Source of the DNA: Bacteroidota bacterium
Lineage (GTDB): Bacteria > Bacteroidota > Bacteroidia > Bacteroidales > UBA12481
Assembly (NCBI GenBank): GCA_034658635.1
Contig: JAYEFL010000330.1
Location: 1 to 61,595 of the forward strand
Reading direction: 5' to 3'
DNA length: 61,595 nt
Made by a program: the position numbers and the translations under genes. Of this stretch, positions 23,251-33,145 are shown piece after piece (the stretch's first letter is position 1; each line of letters opens with the position of its first letter). The notes under the pieces were generated by a model. The model saw only the letters and a program-made list of their open reading frames with translations, was not told the origin of the DNA and did not search any database.

Positions 23251-23333
23251 TGGGGAGAGGAGGATTCGAACCTCCGAAGGCATACGCCAGCAGAGTTACA
23301 GTCTGCCCCAGTTGGCCACTTTGGTATCTCCCC
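23251..23333 (-). tRNA. tRNA-Tyr (anticodon GTA, long variable arm)
   Basis: The minus strand reads GGGGAGATACCAAAGTGGCCAA...ACTGTAA...long variable arm...GGTTCGAATCC...TCTCCCCA. Confidence 0.88.
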
Positions 23334-23348
23334 ATTATCATATCACAG

Positions 23349-23422
23349 AGCCAATGGAGGGATTCGAACCCACGGCCTGCTGATTACAAATCAGCTGCTC
23401 TGACCAACTGAGCTACATTGGC
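23349..23422 (-). tRNA. tRNA-Thr (anticodon TGT)
   Basis: The minus strand reads GCCAATGTAGCTCAGTTGGTCAGAGC...TTTGTAA...GGGTTCGAATCC...CATTGGCT. Confidence 0.88.
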
Positions 23423-23482
23423 AACTTTCTGATTATTTCAAGACTTTAGAAAGAACAGAACTTTTCCCTAATTTTTGGTCTG

Positions 23483-23513
23483 CAAATGTATAATTATATT
23501 TATACAACTCAAA
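23483..23513 (-). promoter_or_regulatory. Candidate sigma-A promoter of the tRNA-tuf operon (TTTG-N19-TACATTTG)
   Basis: The minus strand has TTTG (23510-23513) and TACATTTG (23483-23490) 19 nt apart. This matches the Bacteroidota -33/-7 consensus TTTG...TAnnTTTG, about 60 nt upstream of the first tRNA. Confidence 0.45.
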
Positions 23514-23534
23514 ATATCAGAGCGAGTTTTTTCT

Positions 23535-23834
23535 CTATCGTCCTATTTTTTTCTGTTTTTGTTTAATCAGCTGACGACGGAGTGCCTCAACTGCCTGATC
23601 TACTGCCTCCTCAAAGCTCTTGCACTGCTTCTTGGCAAAAGCCTTACCACCAGCAATAATCATCTTTATTTCAGCAACCTTATTCCCAGAGTTGGGATCT
23701 TTATCTAATCGTAGATAAACTTCAGTACTCAAAATGCGATCTTCGTATTGTGAAAGCTTATTAATTCTTTCTTCAACGAAATCCAATAAGTCCTTGTCAG
23801 CATCAAAATGCAAAGAATGGATCTTAATATTCAT
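23535..23834 (-). CDS. hpf: Ribosome hibernation-promoting factor (HPF/RaiA, short form)
   Basis: 100 aa from ATG 23834 (MNIKIHSLHFDADKDLLDFVEERINKL...), S30EA family-like. Confidence 0.8.
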   Translation of the reverse strand: MNIKIHSLHFDADKDLLDFVEERINKLSQYEDRILSTEVYLRLDKDPNSGNKVAEIKMIIAGGKAFAKKQCKSFEEAVDQAVEALRRQLIKQKQKKIGR

Positions 23835-23853
23835 ACGTATTGCCCTCCAATTA

Positions 23854-24750
23854 TTATTCATCATTGGCTCTGGGATGAGCCCTATGATGGATTTGTTTTA
23901 ATTTCTCTAAACTGGTATGTGTGTATATCTGTGTAGCAGCCAAGTTCGAATGTCCTAAAAGTTCCTTTATCGCGTTCAGATCAGCACCCTTATTTAATAG
24001 ATGAGTTGCGTAACTATGCCTCAAAACATGAGGGCTCTTTTTGCTGACCGTTGTGACATAACCAAGATAACCATTTACGAGCCTATAAACAAATTTTGGA
24101 TACATCTTTTTTCCTTTGTTCGTCAAAAAGAATTGGCCATCACGATCTGAACCAAAAACTTCCTCTCTTGAAACAATATAATCATCAATCATCTTTCTGA
24201 TAGCGACAGGAAAAGGAACAATACGGTCTTTTGACCCTTTACCCCTCACTTTTACAGTAGCACTAATGTAATCTAAGTCAGAATCCCTGATTTCAATCAA
24301 TTCAGAAAGGCGTATTCCGGTTCCATACATCATCTCCAAGACCAAATGATCCCGTTGTCCGGAAAAATCCTTATCAAACAAACCACCATCCAACAAATTA
24401 TGAATAGCCTGCTCCTCCACAAAAACAGGAAGTTTCTTGTGAATTCTGGGCAAAACAAGATGATCAGCAGGATTAGAAGCAATAATACCATCTCTTATAC
24501 AAAAACGAAAAAAATGCCTGAGTGAGGATATTTTTCGATGGACTGATCGTGCAGAAACACCTTTATCCATTAAAAACACAAGCCAGGAACGCAACATTAC
24601 AGGAGTAGTCTCCCAAGGCAATACTGCTCCTCCATCAATTTTAAGAAACTCTACGAATTGCATCAGGTCTGTTCTGTAGGACGTAACAGTACGTACAGAT
24701 AATCGTTTTTCAAACTGCAAATGGTAAAAAAACTGATCAATGACCGGCAT
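23854..24750 (-). CDS. Tyrosine recombinase, XerC/XerD-like
   Basis: 298 aa with an N-terminal SAM-like core-binding domain. Catalytic region has LRHSYATHLL (HxxR) and LGHSNLAATQIYTH (terminal Tyr). Confidence 0.85.
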   Translation of the reverse strand: MPVIDQFFYHLQFEKRLSVRTVTSYRTDLMQFVEFLKIDGGAVLPWETTPVMLRSWLVFLMDKGVSARSVHRKISSLRHFFRFCIRDGIIASNPADHLVLPRIHKKLPVFVEEQAIHNLLDGGLFDKDFSGQRDHLVLEMMYGTGIRLSELIEIRDSDLDYISATVKVRGKGSKDRIVPFPVAIRKMIDDYIVSREEVFGSDRDGQFFLTNKGKKMYPKFVYRLVNGYLGYVTTVSKKSPHVLRHSYATHLLNKGADLNAIKELLGHSNLAATQIYTHTSLEKLKQIHHRAHPRANDE

Positions 24751-24829
24751 AAAAAGCTTAGGCTACGTTACACTTAAGTATAACGCATAAACCGAATATT
24801 TGTTTCGGAACGAAGTACAATCAGGCGAC

Positions 24830-25027
24830 CTACTCGTTCTCTGCCTTGTCTTGAAGCTGCTGAATATAAACTGCTTTCAAATACTGATGCCTTTTCTTTA
24901 CAGAAGGTTTAATAAATGCCTGGCGACCCCGAAGTTCTTTAACAGTGCCTGTCTTCTCAAACTTGCGCTTGAACTTCTTCAAGGATCTCTCAATATTTTC
25001 ACCTTCTTTTACCGGAATAATAATCAT
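24830..25027 (-). CDS. rpsU: 30S ribosomal protein S21
   Basis: 65 aa. The sequence ...VKEGENIERSLKKFKRKFEKTG...RGRQAFIKPSVKKR is typical of S21. Confidence 0.93.
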   Translation of the reverse strand: MIIIPVKEGENIERSLKKFKRKFEKTGTVKELRGRQAFIKPSVKKRHQYLKAVYIQQLQDKAENE

Positions 25028-25119
25028 TTGTGTAACTATTTAATTCGATCTAATTCAATTTCGGAGTGCAAAGAAAGGGATTTTTTTTGAAATCTCAAAA
25101 AGCAAAAGACCAAAACAAT

Positions 25120-25710
25120 TCACTGACCAAGGCTCAGATAGGGCAGCAAACAGGTCTTGAGTGAATCTGGCCACGATGCTTCCTTCCAAAGTATTGACAA
25201 ACTGACTGGCGGTCCATTTCTATCTCTGTAATTTACGTAGGATTTCACCATGTCATACTGCACGTATGGATGTCTGAGTAACTCTCTGAATTCCACTGTA
25301 GTCAGATTGATTTTCCTTATCAAATTCGTATCTACCCTGATTTTATTGTGAAAACCCAGATATCTGTTTGAGTCCATACCATATACTTCAAGTAATTGCT
25401 CAGGAGAATAGTATCCACCTAACAAACTCCGGTATTTTAGTATTCTGCGTGAAAAAACCTTTCCTATTCCATACAATGAAAGCAGATCAATACTATCTGC
25501 AGAATTCAACTCAAGTGCAATATGCTGGTCAGAAGAAATTCCAACAGAATCGACCAGGATACCAGAATCTTTCCGGACAATGGATTCCTGTGGCTTTGCA
25601 ACTGAACGCAAAAAAACAGTTCCCAGATTGAGTAATAGAATTATTCCTGCTAATAACCCAACTGCTCTCTTTTCAGATCGGGTATACCTTAAAACCGACA
25701 AAATAGCCAT
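25120..25710 (-). CDS. ComEA-like helix-hairpin-helix protein with an N-terminal membrane anchor
   Basis: TM segment AVGLLAGIILLLNLGTVFL and an HhH element LNSADSIDLLSLYGIGKVFSRRILKYR. Confidence 0.55.
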   Translation of the reverse strand: MAILSVLRYTRSEKRAVGLLAGIILLLNLGTVFLRSVAKPQESIVRKDSGILVDSVGISSDQHIALELNSADSIDLLSLYGIGKVFSRRILKYRSLLGGYYSPEQLLEVYGMDSNRYLGFHNKIRVDTNLIRKINLTTVEFRELLRHPYVQYDMVKSYVNYRDRNGPPVSLSILWKEASWPDSLKTCLLPYLSLGQ

Positions 25711-25791
25711 GCGAATACATTTATTATCTTATTATAATATATATGCATTCCAATTACAGAAATGGAAAAAAATCAACAGGAATTTTTAGAA

Positions 25792-27153
25792 TTATAATAA
25801 CCCTATGATATTCAGGAAGACCAAAGCGATTCCAACTGGTGCTACAAAACGGATCAAAAATAGTGCAACAGGGAGCAGTTTGGCCTTTATTGTTCCATTA
25901 TTTGTCAGCTCATCCATCACTCTCTTCTTACCCATGAAGAACCCAACAAAGATTACAATGAAAAAACCGCCAAGAGGCAACAGAATATCAGCACTGGCAA
26001 ACTCAAGAAGGCCCCAGATGCTATACCCGAAGATCATAAAATCTTTCAAAATTCCACCATTTGACATAGTACAGAGAATACCAAGCACAAGAATAATTGA
26101 AGAAGATATCAAAGCAGCCTTTTTTCTAGAAATTTTATACTCTTCAGAGAAATATGAAACTATAACTTCGAGCAGAGAAATGGTGGAAGTAAGAGCTGCG
26201 ACCGACAATAAAATAAAGAACAGAACTGAGAAAAAATAGCCCCCGGGCATCTGTTCAAATATTGTTGGAATGGTGACGAAAATAAGGCCTTCTCCCTGAG
26301 AAGGATTGATACCAAAAGCAAATACAGCAGGAAAGATGGCCACTCCGGCAAGAATAGCAATCAGGGTATCAGCTATTGAGACTTGAATTGCTGTGGTGCC
26401 CAGATTATTATTTCTATTTATGTAAGAACCATAGGTGATAATGGTTCCCATTCCAAGACTAAGAGAGAAAAAAGCCTGTCCTAAAGCACTCAAAATGACT
26501 GTTGCATTAATCTTACTGAAGTCTGGCTTGAATAAGAACTTCAATCCTTCACCAGCACCAGGAAGCGTAACGGATCTAACCACCAGGATGAGGATAATTA
26601 CTACCAATACAGGCATCAGAATCTTTGTATACTTCTCAATGCCATTTTTTACTCCGGCAATAACTACAGAGGTAGTGAGTACAACAAAAATCACCTGCCA
26701 GACAATAGGTCTGACCGGATCCTCCACAAAATTGGTAAACATTGAATTGAGTTCATCAGGATTCTTTCCTTCAAATCCGCCTTTCACCGACTGAAATAAG
26801 TATTCCAGCGTCCAGCCTGCAACAGAACCATAAAATGCGAAAATCATAAAAGCCGCACCAACGCCCATCACTCCAACCAGAAACCATGGTTTACCCGGCT
26901 TAATAAACTTGAAACTACCAATAGGATTCCTCTGGCCATTCCTGCCAATGGAAAATTCTGCAATCATGACTGGTATTCCAATCATGGCGACAAAAATCAG
27001 GTAAAAAACCAGAAAGGCTCCTCCCCCATTATTCCCAAGTTCGTATGGGAATTTCCATATATTGCCTAAACCAACTGCAGATCCGGCAGCGGCAGCAATT
27101 ACACCAAATTTACTTCCAAAATTATCACGTTTATTAGGAGATATTCCAGCCAT
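25792..27153 (-). CDS. Sodium-dependent transporter, SNF (neurotransmitter:sodium symporter) family
   Basis: GLGNIWKFPY motif and about 11-12 TM helices. The ATG at 27153 is preferred over the TTG at 27177. Confidence 0.85.
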   Translation of the reverse strand: MAGISPNKRDNFGSKFGVIAAAAGSAVGLGNIWKFPYELGNNGGGAFLVFYLIFVAMIGIPVMIAEFSIGRNGQRNPIGSFKFIKPGKPWFLVGVMGVGAAFMIFAFYGSVAGWTLEYLFQSVKGGFEGKNPDELNSMFTNFVEDPVRPIVWQVIFVVLTTSVVIAGVKNGIEKYTKILMPVLVVIILILVVRSVTLPGAGEGLKFLFKPDFSKINATVILSALGQAFFSLSLGMGTIITYGSYINRNNNLGTTAIQVSIADTLIAILAGVAIFPAVFAFGINPSQGEGLIFVTIPTIFEQMPGGYFFSVLFFILLSVAALTSTISLLEVIVSYFSEEYKISRKKAALISSSIILVLGILCTMSNGGILKDFMIFGYSIWGLLEFASADILLPLGGFFIVIFVGFFMGKKRVMDELTNNGTIKAKLLPVALFLIRFVAPVGIALVFLNIIGLL

Positions 27154-27234
27154 AGGTTTTTTCTTGAATGAAATCAAATTAAGCAGCCAATATTACAAAA
27201 AAATAGGTTGATCGCGATTATGACAGATATGTTA

Positions 27235-27273
27235 TATAAAACAAGAGAGGACAGAATATACTGTCCTCTCTTG
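27235..27273 (-). terminator. Intrinsic terminator after fba
   Basis: 13-bp perfect stem CAAGAGAGGACAG/CTGTCCTCTCTTG (27242-27273) with a 6-nt loop, then TTTTAT on the minus strand. Confidence 0.8.
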
Positions 27274-27291
27274 TAATTAAATAGTAGAATA

Positions 27292-28365
27292 TTAAAATCT
27301 ATCCATGCAATTCAGATCATCAAATGCCACCAATAATCTTTCAACCATGGTTTTTTCACCGGCACGCAACCAAACTCTAGGATCATATTTTTTCTTATTT
27401 GGCTTATCAGCACCATCGGGATTCCCAATTTGTGATTGAAGGTAGCCCTCGTTAGCTTTATAATAATCACGAATACCCAACCAGTATGCCCATTGAGTAT
27501 CAGTATCAATATTCATTTTGATTACTCCGTATGAAATCGCCTCGCGGATTTCTTCCTGAGTTGATCCAGAACCACCATGAAAAACAAAGTTTACAGGTTT
27601 TGCTCCTGTTGCAAATTTTGTCTGAATAAAGTCCTGAGAATTTTTCAGAATCTTTGGTTGAAGAACAACGTTACCTGGCTTATAAACACCATGTACATTC
27701 CCAAATGCAGCAGCAACAGTAAAGTTATTAGAAATTTTCTTCAGCTCCTCGTAAGCAAAAGCAACATGTTCTGGCTGCGTATACAAAAGAGAGTTGTCAA
27801 TCTCTGAATTATCAACACCATCTTCCTCACCACCAGTTACCCCCAGTTCAATTTCCAGAGTCATGCCCATTTTGGTCATGCGCTCCAGATATTTTTTGCA
27901 GATATCAATATTCTCTTCAATACTTTCCTCAGATAAGTCAAGCATATGAGAACTGTACAAGGGCTTACCAAATTGAGCAAAATGCTTTTCACCTTCATCC
28001 AGAAGACCATCAATCCACGGTAAAAGTTTTTTTGCCGCATGATCTGTATGTAAAACAACAGGCACTCCATAGTACTCTGCTAAAATATGAACATGTTTTG
28101 CACCGGCCACTCCACCCAGAACGGCAGCCTTATGTCCTTCGGCCGTCATTCCTTTTCCAGCCCAAAAGGATGCTCCCCCATTTGAGAATTGCACTATAAC
28201 AGGAGAATTGGCAGTCTTAGCAGCCTCCATAACTGCATTTATTGAATCTGTACCTACAACATTCACAGCAGGTATAGCAAAGAGATTTTCCTTTGCTATT
28301 GCAAAAAGAGTGGTAAGATCCTCGCCAGTTACAACACCGGCACTAATTTTTTCAGAAATTTTCAT
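27292..28365 (-). CDS. fba: Class II fructose-1,6-bisphosphate aldolase
   Basis: 357 aa with VIVQFSNGGA, HTDH and FVFHGGSGS motifs of class II FBA. Confidence 0.9.
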   Translation of the reverse strand: MKISEKISAGVVTGEDLTTLFAIAKENLFAIPAVNVVGTDSINAVMEAAKTANSPVIVQFSNGGASFWAGKGMTAEGHKAAVLGGVAGAKHVHILAEYYGVPVVLHTDHAAKKLLPWIDGLLDEGEKHFAQFGKPLYSSHMLDLSEESIEENIDICKKYLERMTKMGMTLEIELGVTGGEEDGVDNSEIDNSLLYTQPEHVAFAYEELKKISNNFTVAAAFGNVHGVYKPGNVVLQPKILKNSQDFIQTKFATGAKPVNFVFHGGSGSTQEEIREAISYGVIKMNIDTDTQWAYWLGIRDYYKANEGYLQSQIGNPDGADKPNKKKYDPRVWLRAGEKTMVERLLVAFDDLNCMDRF

Positions 28366-28411
28366 ACTTAAACATTTTTATACAATGACAAAGATAAAGA
28401 ATTACACCAAA

Positions 28412-30733
28412 TCAGAAGGGATATCCAATAGCAAAATTGAGCATAAAATCCTCCCATCCATAAGATCGGGTAAAAGGGATCCAACCAGGGCCTCCTGTCA
28501 TTCCCGGATCTCGAAGCTTCATACCTAAATCCAATCGAGCAACAAAAAATGAAAGATCCAACCTTAGCCCAAATCCCGTACCAACAGCAATCTCATTATA
28601 GAAACGATTGATAGAAAAATCTGCTCCAGATTGATCCAGATCATATTTGATGGCCCAAATATTCCCGGCATCCAAAAAAACTGCCCCCTTAAAATCCCAA
28701 AACAAATCAAATCGATATTCAATATTTGACTCCAGTTTGATATCCCCCATTTGATTTGGATATTGATCCTCGCGATCTGTGGGCAGAATATATGATCCAG
28801 GACCAAGAGATCGAACCTGCCAGGCTCTGATACCATTTGATCCACCAGAGAAATAACGCTTTTCAAAAGGCATAACTTCAGCATTCCCAAAAGGATACCC
28901 AGCCCCTGCAAATACCCTGAATACAAGGCGATTGGCATCATTCATAACCCTGTAATACCGCAAATCAACATCAGCCATAAAGTATTGGGAATAAGGAGTA
29001 TCAAAGAACAAATATCCTCCTTCAGGTCTGTCACTCCCTGACATACCATACACTATGGAAAACAGGTTCCCTGCCACTTCAGGTCTGAAACTGACGAAAA
29101 AGAAGTTTCGTTGCTTGTTAAGCTTCTGATTACTGTAGGTGAATGAATAATTGAAGGCCGAAATCACATGTGAGCGGTAGCTATCCTCAAGATAAGTGCC
29201 ACTAATATTCTCTCGAAAACGCTCTGACATTTCAGTTACATTAACATAATTCAGATCAATCATATTGATCTGATGATTGAAAAATCTTGAAGACTTCCAT
29301 TGATAACCAAATCCGGCAGCAGCAATTGTACGTGTGATCTCAGGGCGAGACTGGTAGTTGTAGTTGAAGGATAGCATAGTTCGCGGAGAGTATTTTTTCT
29401 GCAGTGCCTCTAGCCTAATTGGCAGCCAGAACTGTGGCACATTAAGCCTGCTTACTACCCCATACTCAATCATACGATTGAAATCATTATTAGAATTTGT
29501 CAGAAACTCAATGGCTCCTTTAAACCGAAGCTCAAAATTCTCAGCTCCATGAAAAAGATTGCGATGCTTATATATAAGATTCCCTGCCATCCCAAGATTA
29601 CCTGAGGAATGTGTTCCTTCTAGTGCAATATCATACGACTGTTTGGTCAAAGGAGTAAGCTCAATATCACAATCCAGCAACTGAATAGAATCAACTCCGA
29701 CAGAGTCAACTGGATCAAAAAGAAGATTAATAATTCTGAAATTTTGCAAGCCGTTCAGTGTATTATGTGTTTTATCAACCTTCGACTGCGAAAACAACTC
29801 ACCCTTCATTATATATATAGAAGAGTGCAATAGATTTTTCTTAACACTTAGCTTTTCATTATAGATAAAGTCCAGACCACCATATTGAACAGTATCAGAA
29901 TTAAGAAAATAAGTATCAGGACTTTGCATGTACTGCTTTGGATTAAAATCACTAATAATGCTGATATTGCGAATTCGGAATCTTTTATGTTCTTTCTGCT
30001 GAAATTGCACTTCATTTTTGGTTGCTTGCTTGATCCCCAGCTTCAGATTAACTGTTTTTGTTACAGCAAAGGTATCTGCTACAAAATGAATGTATTCTTT
30101 TGAGAAGTCATAATAGCCTATTTCCCTCAGCAAATTGCTTATTCGAATTCTCTCTTGTCGTAATACATCCGAATCAAATCGATCACCTGATTTTATTAAA
30201 TGGAGTAAAGAATCTCTCCTGATCAGATCAGCAATCCGGCTGTCTGATATCAAATCATCAGAAGCCCACTCTATTTCATCCAGCACATATGGTTCTCCAA
30301 GACTAATGTTATATTGCAGTTTAGCTTTTCTTCCGGAGACGATCAAACTGTCATGAATAACTGAGTGGTAAAAACCTTTGTTACTTAGAAAGGTATATAG
30401 TTGAGATATTGATTTTGAAGATAGATATGGTTCATAAACGATAGGTTCCTCACCAATACTTCTCAACCAATTGTGAAATCCTGACTCTTTTGCAGGATTA
30501 GATAAATTGTACAATCCCATATGAAAGCGCCAGAATCCAAAGATTTTCTTGTTAGGTCGTTGTCGGAAATATGATTGGAATTCCTTTCCTGAGAAAATCG
30601 GCTGATCCACCTTAAGCTCATTTTTTGTCAAAAGGTACTTCCCCTCAGGAATATACTTTGTTGAATTACATGCAACCAAGAAAATAAACAAGCCAGTAAT
30701 AATAACTCCATGCCTACTGTAATATTTTCTCAT
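28412..30733 (-). CDS. Omp85-family outer membrane protein (TamA/BamA-like, surface antigen D15 type)
   Basis: 773 aa with a signal/lipobox-like N-terminus (LVACNS). C-terminal beta-barrel has RYFSGGSNGIRAW and a terminal aromatic (...IGYPF). Confidence 0.65.
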   Translation of the reverse strand: MRKYYSRHGVIITGLFIFLVACNSTKYIPEGKYLLTKNELKVDQPIFSGKEFQSYFRQRPNKKIFGFWRFHMGLYNLSNPAKESGFHNWLRSIGEEPIVYEPYLSSKSISQLYTFLSNKGFYHSVIHDSLIVSGRKAKLQYNISLGEPYVLDEIEWASDDLISDSRIADLIRRDSLLHLIKSGDRFDSDVLRQERIRISNLLREIGYYDFSKEYIHFVADTFAVTKTVNLKLGIKQATKNEVQFQQKEHKRFRIRNISIISDFNPKQYMQSPDTYFLNSDTVQYGGLDFIYNEKLSVKKNLLHSSIYIMKGELFSQSKVDKTHNTLNGLQNFRIINLLFDPVDSVGVDSIQLLDCDIELTPLTKQSYDIALEGTHSSGNLGMAGNLIYKHRNLFHGAENFELRFKGAIEFLTNSNNDFNRMIEYGVVSRLNVPQFWLPIRLEALQKKYSPRTMLSFNYNYQSRPEITRTIAAAGFGYQWKSSRFFNHQINMIDLNYVNVTEMSERFRENISGTYLEDSYRSHVISAFNYSFTYSNQKLNKQRNFFFVSFRPEVAGNLFSIVYGMSGSDRPEGGYLFFDTPYSQYFMADVDLRYYRVMNDANRLVFRVFAGAGYPFGNAEVMPFEKRYFSGGSNGIRAWQVRSLGPGSYILPTDREDQYPNQMGDIKLESNIEYRFDLFWDFKGAVFLDAGNIWAIKYDLDQSGADFSINRFYNEIAVGTGFGLRLDLSFFVARLDLGMKLRDPGMTGGPGWIPFTRSYGWEDFMLNFAIGYPF

Positions 30734-30810
30734 TTGAAGTATCGATTGTTGACCCGAAATGTATCAGGCATTTATTGTTTGTATATTGCAAAGAAACTCA
30801 AAACTGCAAT

Positions 30811-31593
30811 ATGCTGAGTCATTCGCAACTAAAATTCTTAAGAAGTTTACAAATTAGCAAATTTCGTTCCAAGGAAAAACAAATTCTTGTGGAAGGAGAG
30901 AAGCTTGTAAAAGAATGTCTGATGAGATCCTATTTACCAGGACATGAATTACTTGGAATATATGCTATTGATGCATGGATCAATAAGAATTCAAAGTTGA
31001 TTTCACAATCAGGGTGCATAGTTACTGTAGTCACACCTAAACAACTTGGGCAGATCAGCACCCAGAAAAGCCCAAATCAGGTTGTAGGCTTACTTCGGTA
31101 TTCAATCTCACAGCCATTACTTTCCCTAACGAAAAAAGAGTTATATCTAGCCACAGACCATATTCAGGATCCTGGAAATATGGGGAATATTTTCAGAATG
31201 GCAGAGTGGTTCAGAATTAAATACATTTTTATCTCAAACAACTCCGTTGATCCATATAATCCTAAAGCTATTCAATCAGGTATGGGTTCCATTTTCAGAA
31301 TCCCCTTTCACCGGGGCAATCTGATGACATTACTAGAACCACTTTCGGGTTCTGTTCCTATCTATGGAACGATGTTGGAAGGAGAAAATATTTACAAATC
31401 AGCAATCTCTTCAGGGGGGATTATCATTCTTGGTAATGAATCAAAAGGGATAAGTAAGGAGATAAGTAAAATTGTCACAAAACCTTTATTTATTCCAAGA
31501 TTCTCTGAATCATCAAATTATCCCGAATCCCTGAATGTAGCAACAGCCACTGGCATTGTGCTTAGCGAGTTTCGTCGCCAAGAGTTCGGCTAA
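30811..31593 (+). CDS. TrmH/SpoU-family RNA 2'-O-methyltransferase
   Basis: SpoU motifs DPGNMGNIFR, ILGNESKGIS and SLNVATATGIVL. The ATG at 30811 is preferred. Confidence 0.75.
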   Translation: MLSHSQLKFLRSLQISKFRSKEKQILVEGEKLVKECLMRSYLPGHELLGIYAIDAWINKNSKLISQSGCIVTVVTPKQLGQISTQKSPNQVVGLLRYSISQPLLSLTKKELYLATDHIQDPGNMGNIFRMAEWFRIKYIFISNNSVDPYNPKAIQSGMGSIFRIPFHRGNLMTLLEPLSGSVPIYGTMLEGENIYKSAISSGGIIILGNESKGISKEISKIVTKPLFIPRFSESSNYPESLNVATATGIVLSEFRRQEFG

Positions 31594-33145
31594 GCCCAGC
31601 CGCACATAACATCCCATCCAGAGCAGATGAGACGATTCCTCCGGAATATCCAGCTCCTTCTCCGCAAGGGAACAAACCGGATATTTGCACATGCTGGAAA
31701 TTTGAACGATTTCTGGGTATCCTTACTGGTGAAGATGTTCGGGATTCAACACCTACCAGAATCCCAGCTCCTGAAGCAAATCCCCACATCCTGCGGTCAA
31801 AATTTCTAAATGCCTGAGTCAGACGTTGACTAATTCTTTCAGGCAGCCAAAAATGCATTGGGCTGGACACTAAACCAGGATTATATGAACTATCAGGTAG
31901 GGATGTTGAAACTTTCTTCCTGACAAAATCATTTATACGTTGTGCTGGAGCAACTAAACCCCTGCCTCCATTCCTAAAGGCCAGTTCTTCCAGTTCAGAC
32001 TGAAAAGCAAGTCCTGCCAAAACACCATGCTTTTTATGAGATTCCAGATCACTTTCCCTTATCTCAACAACGATTCCGCTATTTGCCCAGTATGAATTTC
32101 GTTTGGCATTTGACATCCCATTAACAACCAATTCATCATTACAAGTTGCTGATGGAACAATTGTTCCACCCGGACACATACAAAAACTATATACTCCCCG
32201 GTTGTTAATCTGGGCAGCGAGGGAATATTCAGCTGCAGGGAGATAATCACCACGTCCCCTTGGTGAGTGATACTGAATTTGATCAATCATTTCCTGAGGA
32301 TGCTCGACTCTCACTCCTAATGCAAAACCCTTTGTCTCGAGAAGCACACTATTTTCATGAAGCAGATGGTAGATATCATGAGCGGAATGACCGGTTGCCA
32401 AAATCATTGGCATATTCTCAAAACGATCTCCATTAGTTGTTTCCACAGCAACCAGCTTGTTTGCCTTAATAGTAATTTTATTAACTCTGGCATTGAAGCC
32501 AACATAACCGCCAGCCTCAATAATGGCCAGTCGCATATTGCTAATTATCTTTGGCAGTTTGTCTGATCCCACATGAGGGTGGGCATTGACAAGGATATCC
32601 GGGTCAGCACCAAATTGCACGAGCCATTCCAGCACTTCGCCAACCTCTCCGCGCTTTTTAGAGCGTGTATAAAGCTTCCCATCAGAAAAAGTTCCTGCCC
32701 CTCCTTCGCCAAAGCAATAATTTGAATCAGTATCAAGACCCATATTCCGGTTCAGAAGAGCAATATCTTTTTTTCTCTCAGAAACCTTTTTCCCTCGTTC
32801 AATAACAATAGGTTTAAATCCGAGTTCTATCAAACGGAGTGCTGCAAACAAACCAGCCGGACCAGATCCAACAACCAGCACTTCACGCGCAGACTGAATA
32901 TTTTGTGGTTTAAACCTTCTTAGAGTAGTTTCCTGGCAGGTATCCCTGGTATGCAATCGTATCCGAAGATTGATTTTAACAGGTTTCTTTCTCGCATCAA
33001 TTGATCGCCGAATGATCTGAATGGTTTTAACATCTCCGGGTTTCATTCCAGCTGCCTTAGCAGCAGCCTGCTTAATCAGAAACTGATCAGAAGCCTGCCT
33101 GGGGCTCAGGGTAAGCTGAATTTCTACGAATAATTGTGCTGTCAT
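31562..33145 (-). CDS. FAD-dependent oxidoreductase (uncharacterised COG2509-like dehydrogenase)
   Basis: 527 aa. Dinucleotide-binding motif VLVVGSGPAGLFAAL and C-terminal ...LFPCGEGAGYSGGIVSSALDG. Confidence 0.7.
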   Translation of the reverse strand: MTAQLFVEIQLTLSPRQASDQFLIKQAAAKAAGMKPGDVKTIQIIRRSIDARKKPVKINLRIRLHTRDTCQETTLRRFKPQNIQSAREVLVVGSGPAGLFAALRLIELGFKPIVIERGKKVSERKKDIALLNRNMGLDTDSNYCFGEGGAGTFSDGKLYTRSKKRGEVGEVLEWLVQFGADPDILVNAHPHVGSDKLPKIISNMRLAIIEAGGYVGFNARVNKITIKANKLVAVETTNGDRFENMPMILATGHSAHDIYHLLHENSVLLETKGFALGVRVEHPQEMIDQIQYHSPRGRGDYLPAAEYSLAAQINNRGVYSFCMCPGGTIVPSATCNDELVVNGMSNAKRNSYWANSGIVVEIRESDLESHKKHGVLAGLAFQSELEELAFRNGGRGLVAPAQRINDFVRKKVSTSLPDSSYNPGLVSSPMHFWLPERISQRLTQAFRNFDRRMWGFASGAGILVGVESRTSSPVRIPRNRSNFQHVQISGLFPCGEGAGYSGGIVSSALDGMLCAAGLSRTLGDETR

